Shown here: positions 39,901 through 50,470 of the stretch, one piece after another
How the letters are laid out: each line of letters opens with the position of its first letter
Numbering within the stretch: the first letter of the stretch is position 1
NCBI GenBank assembly: GCA_964016885.1
Contig: OZ024741.1
Location: forward strand, 189,410,001-189,474,000
Direction of reading: 5' to 3'
Length of the DNA stretch: 64,000 nt
DNA from: Eledone cirrhosa
Lineage: Eukaryota
Notes under the pieces: generated by a model
What the model was told of the DNA's origin: nothing
What the model saw: only the letters and a program-made list of their open reading frames with translations
Database searches by the model: none
Translations under genes and position numbers: made by a program

Positions 39901-40395
39901 CCCCTTGAGGCTGCTACACCCCCCTCTATCGGGACATGCCCCTGCATAGTCCCAACGCGCATCTAGGATTCCATTCCAGTCCCCCACTAAAAGCAGGGAA
40001 CGCGACGTTCCTAGAAAAGTCTCCAGACGTTGGAAGAAGTCGGCTCTCTCCGCCCCGAAGGGAGCATAAAGACCGACCAGTCTGAAAGCCCCGCCTTCAC
40101 CACCTCCGACGTCCAGCACCAGTAATCGACCCCCCGGGTCCGAGTGAACAATCTGTACGTCGAGAGTCAGACGTTTATCCAGCAGTACGGCAACTCCCCC
40201 CCCCCCGCCTCCGGGTTGACAGAGAGATGCGTGCATCTCAAAGTCATCGAAGGCGGGCGCCAGCTGTCTCACGCTGCTGATCCGACTCTCGCAAACAACC
40301 ATCACATCTATACTTTGTGACCTGAGGTCACTTAGAAGCTTTGCTTGCTTCCAAGCTGAGCTCAGGCCACGCGCGTTCAAACAGCCAACTCTCAA
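36964..40395 (-). CDS. Tx1 ORF2: APE endonuclease, reverse transcriptase and CCHC zinc finger (1143 aa; first codon is TTG)
   Basis: CLNARGL, VCESR, GDWN, SYLDR, SDH (APE); KSPGLDG, RPITLLN, LDQSKAFDRV, RQGCPLS, YADD (RT); CPRC..H..C. Confidence 0.95.
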   Translation of the reverse strand: MRVGCLNARGLSSAWKQAKLLSDLRSQSIDVMVVCESRISSVRQLAPAFDDFEMHASLCQPGGGGGGVAVLLDKRLTLDVQIVHSDPGGRLLVLDVGGGEGGAFRLVGLYAPFGAERADFFQRLETFLGTSRSLLLVGDWNGILDARWDYAGACPDRGGCSSLKGLLDRFDLVDRFRLDCPTAPTWTWANRSGQSRSYLDRFLVRSKDRDVFSCPELIMVGYSDHKLVTCVVNLDRTHRQGPGYWKMNLSLPTKKDYRNRISSLVKMRLTGAIVNSRWWISLKREIRVSSIGYSKELAANRNRRERELTDKLEEAIRSGDVARVLATRTALSQFFDAKHEGCVVRSKIRALGNEGTKAVSWARVTEAKSGIKSTIRSLRDQDGRVILEPERMCETFQRHFARLFGGGGGPDRDVDFGLYLDGLPRLSSGEAECCEGPITATEIGEALSQCSRRKSPGLDGLPYELYLAMPVLFSELLEAVYCNWQQNGRIPCSVTKGVVTLVRKDESKGDDLSNFRPITLLNAELQILAKVLAKRLALVVGGLVGDAQTCAIPSRSIHDNLHLMRYIIERVGYEPGFGGALINLDQSKAFDRVDHGYLDAVLAAAGFGPVFRGWISAMHSGNIYSRIKVNGYLSEPFQITRSIRQGCPLSSLLYVLTLEPLLRKLELLRGIPLEPGLHKAVSAYADDVTVMVADASEIGAIATLLEEYERLTGAKLNQDKSVGLQLGTWRGKPMPLDGVVGRWTEGPVKLLGVWFGPDLQVEKNWGEVTSRVFALTQKWAKCKLSLKGRAEVTNAYIASVIYYRLTVVPCPKEKLTIMERMLFQFLWKKRPPMVRRSICCQHPSKGGLGMPWLLMRRHALRLRHLQVFLNGQPVWAPFVRRAFPQLVSLTELQSWVKQRPRKLGNWHTECAQALTAIWQADPTVSGESTSTFYRGLVASRGDDTLGESLGMEEDELASLFGRTFGPGPMDNFQRSLAWQCYRGALPVREKLYRHGRPGRDPAKKICPRCVRDEETVAHALVHCPGVADLWGYVERLLSRVAPIRLTAESVMNIKPPPPFRNEAEAVFLCIIAMMKEVVWWTRLKGLRSGDFLSGHHLVYFFRYHFGRRIRMEREVLGPRQFYERWVKEARMARVNGPSLYIVL

Positions 40396-40400
40396 TTGAT

Positions 40401-42236
40401 CTATTTTGGTGTTGAAAGTGAAGAAAGAAAAGCACTTACCTCTCCGGGTTGCGTAATTTCCATGGCATCAGGTGTGTTGGGTGGAGGGATGTTTTGTGGT
40501 GGTGTGGGGGTACACGTGTGTTGTGGGGTTGGGGTATTTGGAGTTGTGTCAGGGAGAGGGGCGGTTATGGGGAAATCTTTCAAGAGGACGCGATTCAACG
40601 GTTTTAAACAGGGGGGGCTCACGTCCCGTCTAAATTGTTCTTTTAAGGAACGATAAAGGTCCAGAGGGACCTTTATCATTTTTAAATGGGTGAAGTTCTC
40701 TGTTGAGATAAAGTTTGGCCCTTCGGTCTGCACCATAGGGTTATTGTTTATTAATTTAACCAGTTTTTTGTTTTCTTTATTTATATATGTGTATTGCAAC
40801 GTCTTTTTTTGTGATGCTGTCAATGTTTCGGAGAGGGGAGGCGCAGATTTATTTTTGTTTGTTGAGGGTGGGGTGTTTTTGATTGGAGTTGGTGTTTGTG
40901 TGTGGGTTATTTGTGGTGTGCTGGGTGTGTGTTTTCTTTTTTTTCTTTTAACTTGTCTGAAGGCTTCTCCTCCTTCTTCTTCAGAAGTTGGGGGAAACTC
41001 TTCAGCGCTAGGTGGGAGGGACGTGTTGTGTGGTTGTTTTTTTTTTGCGGGAGGGGTAGATTTGTTACTGTTTTTTTTATTATTTGTTTGGAATGGGTTT
41101 TGTGGTGGTGGTGGTGGTAATGTTTGTGTCGTGCTTGTGGTTGGTGATGGTGGTGGTGATGTTTGTGTTGTGGTTGGTGGTGGTGATTTTTGTGTCGTGC
41201 TTGTGTTTGGTGCTGGTGGTGGTGATGTTTGTGTTGTGTTTGTGGTTGGTGGTGTCTGTATTTTGTTTGCTGTGTGTGGTATTAGTGTATTTTTGGAGGT
41301 GGGTGGTGCTGGTGTACTGTTTGTGGTGGGTGTGGGCAATAGTCCTTTTTGGGGGATACGTTTCGGGCAGTTAGCCTTAACGTGTCCCCTTTCCATGCAT
41401 AAATAGCATGCTGGTCTTCTCCCCTCTACAATTATGTCTATTGGGGTAAGGTCATCCAGCCAGATGCGATCCGGGATTTGTGCTATTCTTTCGGGCCTCA
41501 TTTGGACTATTATGTCGAGGCCCATTCCCAGGAACGCATCTCCAGTTGCCTTCCCCATTGACAGCATAGTGTCTTCGCCCATATCAATGAAGCCAGCAAT
41601 AGCCCACCAGAAGTCCATTGTGGGCAGCATTGTTTTTACTTTTACTCTCTGTGTTCTTCTACCCATGTAGGAGGGATAGAAGCTATATGTTGTCGACGAG
41701 AGTGGGCTTAGGGAAAGCTTCTCCGCCGTTTCTTTGTCTCTTGTTAGGACCGAAATGCTGCCATAGAGTCGGTCCTTTCGTATGAAGAGAATATTCTTCA
41801 TATAGTCTTTTAGGACTAACTCTATTTCCATTTGGCTGGGCTGTGCTGGCTTTCTTGTCTGGTTCAGTATAGTTCTGTATATAACTGTGTTTTCTGCTCT
41901 GGCTTTCTTGAATTCTGGGGGGGAGTTAATGGAAAACATTCCGTTCTCCCCCAAAACAATATGTTTCTTTGCTTCGGCCAGTTTTTCTCTGGCGGCAGTT
42001 AGGTCAATTGGTGTGTATGTAATGGATTGCTTTGTTTTCTGGGCGAAAGTTGCCCTGTCGTTATTTGTATTATTTTCTGTTTGTTTGTTTTCTGTTTGCT
42101 CATTTTCCTTAACATTTGTTTTTTCATTTTGTTTGTTTGTTTCAATGTCTAATTTTGTTGTAATTATTTTTTGTTCTTCAGACTTGGGGGGCGTGGCAGA
42201 GCTAATGGCAGACATGTCTGCCATCTTTTCCGCCAT
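40401..42236 (-). CDS. Tx1 ORF1 (nucleic-acid-binding protein with zinc knuckle and Pro/Thr-rich region)
   Basis: ATG at 42236 (MAEKMADM); CYLCMERGHVKANC knuckle; homologous to the copy A ORF1 remnants. Confidence 0.85.
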   Translation of the reverse strand: MAEKMADMSAISSATPPKSEEQKIITTKLDIETNKQNEKTNVKENEQTENKQTENNTNNDRATFAQKTKQSITYTPIDLTAAREKLAEAKKHIVLGENGMFSINSPPEFKKARAENTVIYRTILNQTRKPAQPSQMEIELVLKDYMKNILFIRKDRLYGSISVLTRDKETAEKLSLSPLSSTTYSFYPSYMGRRTQRVKVKTMLPTMDFWWAIAGFIDMGEDTMLSMGKATGDAFLGMGLDIIVQMRPERIAQIPDRIWLDDLTPIDIIVEGRRPACYLCMERGHVKANCPKRIPQKGLLPTPTTNSTPAPPTSKNTLIPHTANKIQTPPTTNTTQTSPPPAPNTSTTQKSPPPTTTQTSPPPSPTTSTTQTLPPPPPQNPFQTNNKKNSNKSTPPAKKKQPHNTSLPPSAEEFPPTSEEEGGEAFRQVKRKKRKHTPSTPQITHTQTPTPIKNTPPSTNKNKSAPPLSETLTASQKKTLQYTYINKENKKLVKLINNNPMVQTEGPNFISTENFTHLKMIKVPLDLYRSLKEQFRRDVSPPCLKPLNRVLLKDFPITAPLPDTTPNTPTPQHTCTPTPPQNIPPPNTPDAMEITQPGEVSAFLSSLSTPK

Positions 42237-42465
42237 GCTGCCAAGAAAGAAATTTTTCGGCAAAAATAGATATTTATTTTACCCCCTAAAAAGGGGGTAA
42301 ATGCAAAAATGTTTCCCTAAATAACAGGGGTTAGTGTTCCAAATGTGTTGCACTAAAAAATTTATCCAGTACTTACAATAGTAAGGGTAAATCCCGATGG
42401 AATAGCGGAGCCGATGCGAAGCGTGTCTTACTCTATCAAGATAGATAGATAGATAGATAGATATA

Positions 42466-43024
42466 TTTCTTTATTAGCCACAGGGGCACAAAAGAAGGGG
42501 ACAAATACAAAGGGGGAAGTTTACATACAATAAAAACGTGTAAAATGTTATCACAGATGGAATTTAAAAGTTAGTCGATTTTCCCCAATAGAGGGAGACA
42601 GTTTATATGGGTAACACATACCCCCGAAAAAAAATGTGCAACCCTCATCTCCAGGAGTACGAAGAGCTTGTACTCCTTTCCTCTCCTCCTCCTTTTCCTC
42701 AACCTACAGGCTGATATAGAGAGAAGGCCCATTCACTCGGGCCATTCTCGCCACTTTCACCCACCTTTCATAAAACTTGCTGGGGTACAGCACCTCTCTC
42801 TCCATCCTGATTCTTCTTCCAAAGTGGTATTTGAAAAAAAGAATCAGTTGTTGGCCGGAGAGAAAGGTGTCTGACCTCAGCCCTTTCAACCTTGTCCACC
42901 ATACAACCTCTTTCGCTATAGCTATCACACAAAGGAAAACCGCCTCTCCTTCGTTTTTGAAGGAGGGTGGCGGTTTGATCATGACAATGGACTCGGTGGT
43001 CAACTGGATTGGTCCCACCCGCGA
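42466..43024 (-). mobile_element. Tx1-clade LINE copy D (~560-bp 3' fragment, same subfamily as B)
   Basis: Nearly identical to 35172-35731; followed by (TAGA)n at 43025-43079. Confidence 0.93.
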
Positions 43025-43025
43025 T

Positions 43026-43079
<54 letters not shown>

Positions 43080-43198
43080 TTAAAGGTATAGGAAAAATAA
43101 ATGACTAAGCATGAAGTAGGGGTTAGATGAGAAAAATTTAATGAGAGTCCGTTCAGTCTACGAAAGCTGATTGCATATTATCATTATGCTCAATCGTT

Positions 43199-43414
43199 TG
43201 GTGGATTGGCAATATCAGTAGAGAGTCGGACGCCATGCTTTGCAGCATAGAATTACTGCCCTTTATGATCTGAGTTCAAATCCCGCTCAGGTTAACTTTG
43301 CCTTTCATCCTTATGGAGTCGATAAAATGAAGTACCAGTAATGTACTGGGGAGATTTAATCGACTTTCCCCTCCCCCCAAATTACTGGCCTTGTACCTAT
43401 ACTAGAAACCATTG
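43199..43414 (+). mobile_element. Full-length tRNA-derived SINE with 14-bp TSD
   Basis: TSD tatgctcaatcgtt at 43185-43198 and 43415-43428; A and B boxes; central domain resembles the MetaSINE-type core (from memory). Confidence 0.9.
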
Positions 43415-43595
43415 TATGCTCAATCGTTAGTATTACATAAAACATTTCACTTCTTCAGAAAGAGTTCTATATATATATATATATACGTATATATACACAT
43501 ACATATGTGCCTACATATATATATATATATATATATATAGGTGAGGGGTGGGAGGATAGTAGTGGTGACACTGGTGGTGTTGGTGTAGTAAATAA

Positions 43596-43774
43596 TAATT
43601 GTTTCTATTTTAGGCACAAGGCCAGCAATTACCCAGTACATTACTGATACTTTATTTTATCGACCCCGTAAAGATGAAAGGCAAAGTTAACCTCGGCGGG
43701 ATTTGAACTCAGAATGGCAAGGGCCGTAACTCTATGCGCCAAAGCATGGCGTCCGACCCTCTACCGATACTGCC
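43596..43774 (-). mobile_element. tRNA-derived SINE
   Basis: Reverse complement of the same family. Confidence 0.85.
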
Positions 43775-44280
43775 TAATAATGAATAAATAATATGAAGAG
43801 ATGTAGTTTGAAAATTAAAGAATTAAGTACGATGAAGATTCTGGGAATATAAAATAATAGGAGCTATGATGGGTGAATGAGTGAGTGATGGCGGGATGGT
43901 ATTGGTGTTAAGTAAATATGTGGAATATATAAGATATATAAATATAACGTAAGGAGATATAAAGGAATTAACTATAATGAAGATTATAGAAATAGAAATA
44001 TCATGGAATTATATACGATGATGATAGTAATAGTAAGGGTGTCTTGTGGGTGTTAGGCACATATAACAAATAAGGTATGAGGAATAAAGGCAGTAAGGAA
44101 AAAATAGCTGAAAAAATGAAAAATGGAAAAATGAAAAGTTGGAAAGATGACAAAAAAAATGACAAAATGACAGAACAACAAACTGGAAGAAAAGGAATTA
44201 AAAATTAAAATATTCTGAATTTAAAAATTAAAAAATATATATATATGTGGTCATATTTGTAGCATATATATATATATATA

Positions 44281-47200
44281 TCATCATCATCATCATCACC
44301 GTTTTACGTCCGTTCTTCCACGCTAGCATGGGTTAGACGGGTTGTCCTGTTGTGGGCAGTGTCTGGTCGGCTGACCATGCCTTGCTCATACAGGAACTGA
44401 TCTGGCTTGATTTCTACAGCTGGATGCCCTTCCCAACACCAACCTCATTTACAGTGAGTGCTGGGTGCTTTTTCGTGGTGCCTACACGTCCACTTTACAG
44501 TGTGGGCTGGGTGCTTTTTTGCCGTGGCACCTCCACGACCACCTTGCGGTGGGGGGGGGGGCATATTGTTTATATGCTTCAGCATGTACCCATGGGAGGT
44601 CGGGTACCCTGTATTACTGCGTGACGCCAGTAGTCACGGTCGTGTGTCATTGACTTTGAGAGGTGTAGTTGGGTAAGGTCGGCTTTTATCACCTCATCCC
44701 AAGTCATCTTGGGTCTCCCCACTCCGCGGTTTCCATCAACTTCTAGTGCTCTGCACCTTTTTATGCAGCTGTCATCCTTCATACGCATCACATGTCCATA
44801 CCAGCGTAACCGCCTCTCCTGCACGCAGCATTTGATTCCTCTTATGCTCAGTCTCTCTCTCAATTCCTTTATGCTTTGTCGTTCACGTATATTACTGTTA
44901 CACATCCATCGGAGCATGCAGGCTTCGTTTCTCTCTAATCTACGTAAGTCTTCCACCTTCAGCGCCCAGGTCTCACTACCATGCAACATCGCTGTTCGGA
45001 TACACGCATCATACAGTCTGCCTTTCATTCTGAGGGAGAAGCCTTTTGCAGCTAGCAGTGGTAGTAGTTCCCTAAACTTCTTCCATCCCGTTCTTACCCT
45101 AGTTATTGTACTTTCTGAGCACCCACCTCCGTTGCTAATTCGGTCACCTAGGTAGCAGAAGCTGTCTACTGTTTCTACAGGGCCCTCCCAGAGATTGGTG
45201 GTACTTGTTTCCTGTGGCTGTTTGCTTGCTGTTTCAGCACAGCTGCTGCATGTGAATCCTACATTCTTAATTAAGCTTCCTGAGATCCCGCTATATCTCT
45301 TGTGTACCCATTGTTTGCATTTGAGGCAGAGAATGGAGTTCCTACCTACACCTTTCCTACATACTGAGCAAGGCCATTTCCCTGAGGGGATCTGGGTTCT
45401 GTTTTCTCGTCTACTTATAAGGACCTTAGTCTTTGTCATGTTGACTTTGAGGCCCTCTCTCTCTAGTCCCTGCTTCCAGGTTTGGAATTTATTCTCTAGT
45501 TCTACCATAGATTCAGCTATGAGTGCGAGGTCATCAGCATACAGGAGTTCCCATGGGCATCCGGTCTTAAACTCCTCCGTTATTGCCTGCAGGACTATGA
45601 TGAACAGGAGAGGGCTAAGAACAGAGCCCTGGTGGACCCCAACCTGTACGCTAAATTCCTCGCTATACTCATTGCCAATCCTAACTTTGCTGACTGCTCC
45701 CCTATACATGGCTTGTACCGCTTTCACAAGCCATTCATCTACTCCTAGTTTTCTAAGAGCCCACCAGATTACTGCACGTGGAACTCTGTCAAAGGCTTTC
45801 TCAAGGTCGACAAATGCCAAGTAGAGTGGCTTACTTTTAGCTAGGTACTTTTCCTGTAATTGCCTCACAAGGAAGAGGGCATCAGTGGTGCCTTTCCCTG
45901 GTACAAACCCAAATTGCATCTCGTCTATATTCACCCGGTCCCTAATCAGCTGTGCTATAACTCTTTCTGTTACTTTCATGACCTGGTCCATCAACTTTAT
46001 ACCTCTATAGTTTCCTCTATCTAGTGCATCGCCTTTACCTTTGTAGCAGTTGACAATGATGCTACTGCACCAATCTTTTGGTATGGCCCCCTCTAGTATT
46101 ACCTGGTTAACGATACGTGTGGTTATAGTGTGACCTACAGACCCAGATGCCTTCAGCATCTCGGCAGCTATACCCGATGGACCGGTTGCCTTCCCTATCT
46201 TCATATCTCTGATTGCCTTACTTACTACGCTGCCGCTGACTTGTACTGCTGGTCCCTCTATAGGGTCTACGTGGGGTAGGGTCTCTTCTTCCCATGCATT
46301 CTCCTCATTTAGTAATCTATCATAATGACTCTTCCATGCATCTTTCTTCTCAGCACTTGTGAGGGCAAGCTCACCTTTATCATTCCGGATACACTTCTCT
46401 CCAATGACATCACAACTATCTCTGACACACTGCCTCGCAATCTTGAATACCTCCTGTTTCTGGTCCTCACGTCGTAAAACATGCTTGAATTTTCTATCCT
46501 CTGCTTCCCTCCTAGCTAAGTATACTTGTCGCCTAGCTTCCCTCTTGGTCTCTATGTAATGTACCCTGCTCCCCCCGTTCTTCCATTCTTTCCATGCCTG
46601 TCTCTTGGCCTTGACTGCTTCATCTACCTTATTGTTCCACCACCAAGTCACTCTCCTCCTGCTTGAGGTCTTACTCCAGCCACAAACCTCATCCGTCGCC
46701 TCTAGTAAGTTATTTTTTAGGAACTCCCAGTTCTCTTCTACGTTAAATGTCTCTATCTGTTCTTCTTTACTGTCGTAGGCGTTGAGTAAAATATCTTTAA
46801 ATCTGTTACTGGTTGAGGGGACTTTCAGCTTCCAGATCTTTCTTCTCCAGGTTGGCCTCTGTTTCAGGGCTCGTCTAGTTCTGACCGTGAGGTCACTGAC
46901 AACTAAGCTATGTTGGGATGTACATTCCTCACTAGGGAAGGCTTTTGTGTTTACGACCGTCCATCTGTCACGTCCTCTGATGAGGATAAAATCTAACTGA
47001 CTAGAGTGCTCCCCTGATCTATAGGTGATCAGGTGGTTGTCGGGTTTTTTAAAGTTTGTGTTACATATCGACATGTCATTGGCGTCGCAGAATTCTAGAA
47101 GTCTGAATCCTTCCTCATTCCTTGTGCCAACTCCATGGCCTCCATGTACTCTATTGAAGCCGTCGCAGTGTTTACCTACGTGTCCGTTAAAATCGCCTGC

Positions 47201-47549
47201 AATGATTAGGAAGTCCTTGTCGTCTGTTAGAGCAGTAGTGTGTATTAGGGACTCGTAAAACCTATCCTTAAGTTCGTCTGGCAGCCCCGATTGGGGTGCG
47301 TAAGCTGATATTATTGTGGTAATTGTCTTATTCAGGACTAGTCTGAGTTTAATGATTCTTGCATTTACCCTGTACACTGAGATTACTTTATCTACCCACT
47401 TGTCAGCTAATAGTATACCTACACCACCCATCCCATCGTCATTTCCCACCCAGAAAAATTTGTAGCACTGGCTTTTTCCTACAAGGACTCTAGCAGACCC
47501 TCCTCTCCATCTAGTCTCTTGCACACAGCATACATCAACTTCCTTTCGC
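44281..47549 (-). mobile_element. Near full-length RTE-clade LINE (slightly 5'-truncated) inserted in (TA)n
   Basis: Single open ~990-codon frame, ~300-bp 3' UTR and (TGA)n tail; (TA)n on both flanks. Confidence 0.95.
44579..47549 (-). CDS. RTE ORF: APE, RT and PHD-like Cys/His finger; N-terminus missing
   Basis: VQETRW, AYAPQ, GDFN, SQH (APE); FVDLEKAFDRV, HQGSVLSP, LLYADD (RT); CSVC..CLKC..H..(Y)..CSSC; RRLRWYGHV. Confidence 0.92.
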
Positions 47550-47550
47550 A

Positions 47551-47617
<67 letters not shown>

Positions 47618-47620
<3 letters not shown>

Positions 47621-47773
47621 CCTAGGTTCAATCAGGGGTTACCACAGTAAGTAAGGTACTCAATACATAGTAGAGTATATAATGTTTAATATAGAAATGG
47701 CTTCTACAGGACTAGAACTGTTTCATTCAATTGAAACAGTTCTAGTCCTGTAGAAGCCATTTCTATGTTAAAC

Positions 47774-47780
<7 letters not shown>
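47618..47780. repeat. Penelope pseudo-LTR fragment forming a ~50-bp-arm palindrome; same family as ~50416-50548
   Basis: ggcttctacaggactagaactgtttca-ttcaat-tgaaacagttctagtcctgtagaagcc; 47618-47725 is the reverse complement of ~50441-50548. Confidence 0.7.
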
Positions 47781-47817
<37 letters not shown>

Positions 47818-47891
47818 AGTGTGTGTGTGTGTGTATACAGGTTCATATATCATGATCAACATATATGGATATATGTGTATATTCTTATATA

Positions 47892-47929
<38 letters not shown>

Positions 47930-48053
47930 ATACATATGTATATGTGGGTATGTTTCAGAAGCTGCTTTAATGCATTGTACCAGCTTCCAAAACATACCCA
48001 CTTTTCATATTTCATAAGGCTTCAAGCAATCTACAACATTCTCTTTATATATC

Positions 48054-48155
<102 letters not shown>

Positions 48156-48715
48156 ATGGCAGCTACTTATCAGTAACTGTCATACTTAATGATATAGAAT
48201 AAAAACATTTGACACTACATTTTGTAAGATTTCTCTATTAGATAGTTTCTACCCACCTATCATATACTCTCCAGTCACGAATATTAGGGTGGGGTGGAAT
48301 AAGTGGAGGGGGAAAAATCAGTAAATTTTCTAGGTTATCTCTGTTGATCTTTTCAAAAACCAGAATTAGTCATTTAGTTTACATATTGAAACCCCAACCC
48401 ATCCTATTTATTTTATAACCTATGGGATTTCTAGCAATGTACTTTTTTTGTCATGTATAATGTTTTTTAATGTAAATAGAAAATTAATTGTCACAGGAAT
48501 GCTACCACTTAAAATAAAATTTTGTCAGAGATAGATTAGCAAAATTTAATAAGCGGTGGTGGGGATAAGAGTAGGGTGGAGTAGGGGAGAGGGGGGGGGG
48601 GGGGGGGGGGTAAGAGTAGTTGGGAGGTTGGAAAAATCTGAAAAATTAATATACATTATACAAGAGAAAAGAGGTGGTTTTATGTATACATCCTGTTATA
48701 ACAAGATCATATAAT

Positions 48716-48902
48716 TGTTTCTACGTTAGGCACAAGGCCAGCAATTACCCAGTGTATTACTGGTACTTTATTTTATCGACCCCGTAAGGATGAAAGGCAA
48801 AGTTAACCTCGGCGGGATTTGAACTCAGAATGGCAAGAGCCGTAACTCTATGCGCCAAAGCATGGCATTCGACACTCTACCAATACTGCCAATCCACCGT
48901 CT
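48716..48902 (-). mobile_element. tRNA-derived SINE with 13-bp TSD
   Basis: aagatcatataat at 48703-48715 and 48903-48915. Confidence 0.9.
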
Positions 48903-48958
48903 AAGATCATATAATGAACAGAGAATGTATACATTAAACCATTTCCTTTCTTTTTATA

Positions 48959-49172
48959 ATATTGGTTTCTTATATATAGGCACAAGGCCAGCAATTTGGG
49001 GGGAGTGGAAAGTCGATTAAATCGCCCCCAGTGAGTGACTGGTACTTTATTTTATCGACCCCATAAGGATGAAAGGCAAAGTTAACCTCGGCGGAATTTG
49101 AACTCAAATCATAAAGGGCCGTAACTCTATGCTACAAAGCATGGCGTCCAACCCTCTACCGATACTGCCAAT
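48959..49172 (-). mobile_element. tRNA-derived SINE (long-tail variant)
   Basis: Family core plus gggggagtggaaagtcgattaaatcg segment as in the 43199 copy. Confidence 0.85.
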
Positions 49173-49244
49173 TGACACTCCATCTGATACCTTATAGATA
49201 ATACCTTAAGGTACACACGTCATCACTATTTAAATGGACATTAA

Positions 49245-50090
49245 ACAGCTAAAGATGGTGGACGACTTCAAGTAGCTCGGCAGTGTCATCAGCAGCGATG
49301 GAAGCCTCGACGAGGAGATAAATGCCAGGATCTGCAAGGCCAGTCAAACCCTTGGCCACCTGAGGACACGTGTCCTGAACCAGCACAACATCAGGCAATC
49401 CACCAGGCTCAAGGTGTACAAGGCCGTTGTTCTCACCAGCCTCCTCTACGGATGTGAGACATTGGCCCTGTACAGAAGGCACCTGAAGCAGCTGGAACGG
49501 TTCCACATGCGCAGCCTGCGGTCAATCATGAACATCAAATGGCAGGACAAAGTATCCAACCTCGAAGTTCTTGACATGGCTGAGACAACCAGTGTCGGAG
49601 CTATGGTACTGAAGAGCCGACGATGAGTGGGACATGTCATCCGGATGGACGATCACAGGCTTCCGAAGCAACTGATGTATGGGGAACTCTGTGCAGGGAA
49701 ACGAAAGCGGGGCAGGCCTCTCAAGAGGTTCAAAGACTGCGTGAAGTCCAGTATCAACAACACTGGAATCACCCCAAAACAACTCGAGTCCCATGCTCAG
49801 GACAGGACTGAGTGGCGAGCTCTTACCAGACGCGCCAAAGACTCTTTTGAAGAGAAGAGACGGGCAGAGGTCACTGAGGCCCGTGAAAGGAGGAGAAAGG
49901 CATCAACAGCTGCCCCAAGCGACTCCGGTCTCTTCCCCTACCCCCACTGTCCCCGGACCTGCAAGTCAAGGATCGGCCTCCACAGCCACCTTCGTGCCCA
50001 CAGCAGCCGGGAACAACAATGGAGAAGATGTCATCATCGTTTAAGATGCACAACCAAGAAGAAGAAACAGTGATGATGATGATGATGATA
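49245..50090 (+). mobile_element. 5'-truncated RTE LINE of a second family with a C-terminal C2H2 finger
   Basis: YKAVVLTSLLYGCET, GHVIRMDDHRLPKQLMYGEL, PHCPRTCKSRIGLHSHLRAH; internal stops. Confidence 0.9.
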
Positions 50091-50415
50091 TGTATATAAA
50101 AGTACCCAGTATGTGCTGTAAAGTGGTTGGTGTTAGGGAGGGCATCCAGCCATAGAAAGCTTGCCAAACAAGGGGTTGAGAGGACCCATCAGTTTGTGTT
50201 CAAAGACAAAAGCTTCTCCTCTGCACTTGATATGTCCATCTGTAAGTGGGATACAGACCCCTTGGTCTGCTTGGGAGGTCAGTAGCCCAACTTCAGTACT
50301 GACGTGGTCTATGCAGACCTGTTCAACCCTTGCTAGCAGGGAAAGTGGACATTAAATGTTGATGATGAAGTGATGATGATAATTATACATATATTATAAA
50401 TATATATATAGAGAG

Positions 50416-50470
50416 AGAGCTTCCTGATGATTTCTCACAAATGAAACAGTTCTAGTCCTGTAGAAGCTCT
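50416..50470 (+). ncRNA. Type I hammerhead-ribozyme motif with canonical core in a Penelope pseudo-LTR
   Basis: Stem I agagcttc/gaagctct; CTGATGA; short stem II (tttctcacaaat); GAAAC; stem III acag/ctgt; GUA triplet. Confidence 0.7.

Larger units (their letters stand above)
36734..42437 (-). mobile_element. Tx1-clade LINE copy C, full-length and apparently intact
   Basis: 5' UTR, ORF1, ORF2 and 3' UTR ending ..gccctcgtggcaaataaatagaaa, bounded by (GATA)n. Confidence 0.95.

Noticed and set aside
40401-40439. 39-nt intron fusing Tx1 ORF1 to ORF2
   Set aside because: Splicing GTAAGT..TAG gives GAG|ATC AAT TGA, a stop in the ORF1 frame rather than a fusion; the intron is also very short
40396-42300. 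Plus-strand Val/Gly/Cys-rich ORFs
   Set aside because: Antisense shadows of the Pro/Thr-rich Tx1 ORF1
35172-43024. B and D as LTRs flanking copy C
   Set aside because: They are LINE 3' fragments with different truncation points, no TG..CA ends, PBS or TSD, and each has its own GATA junction
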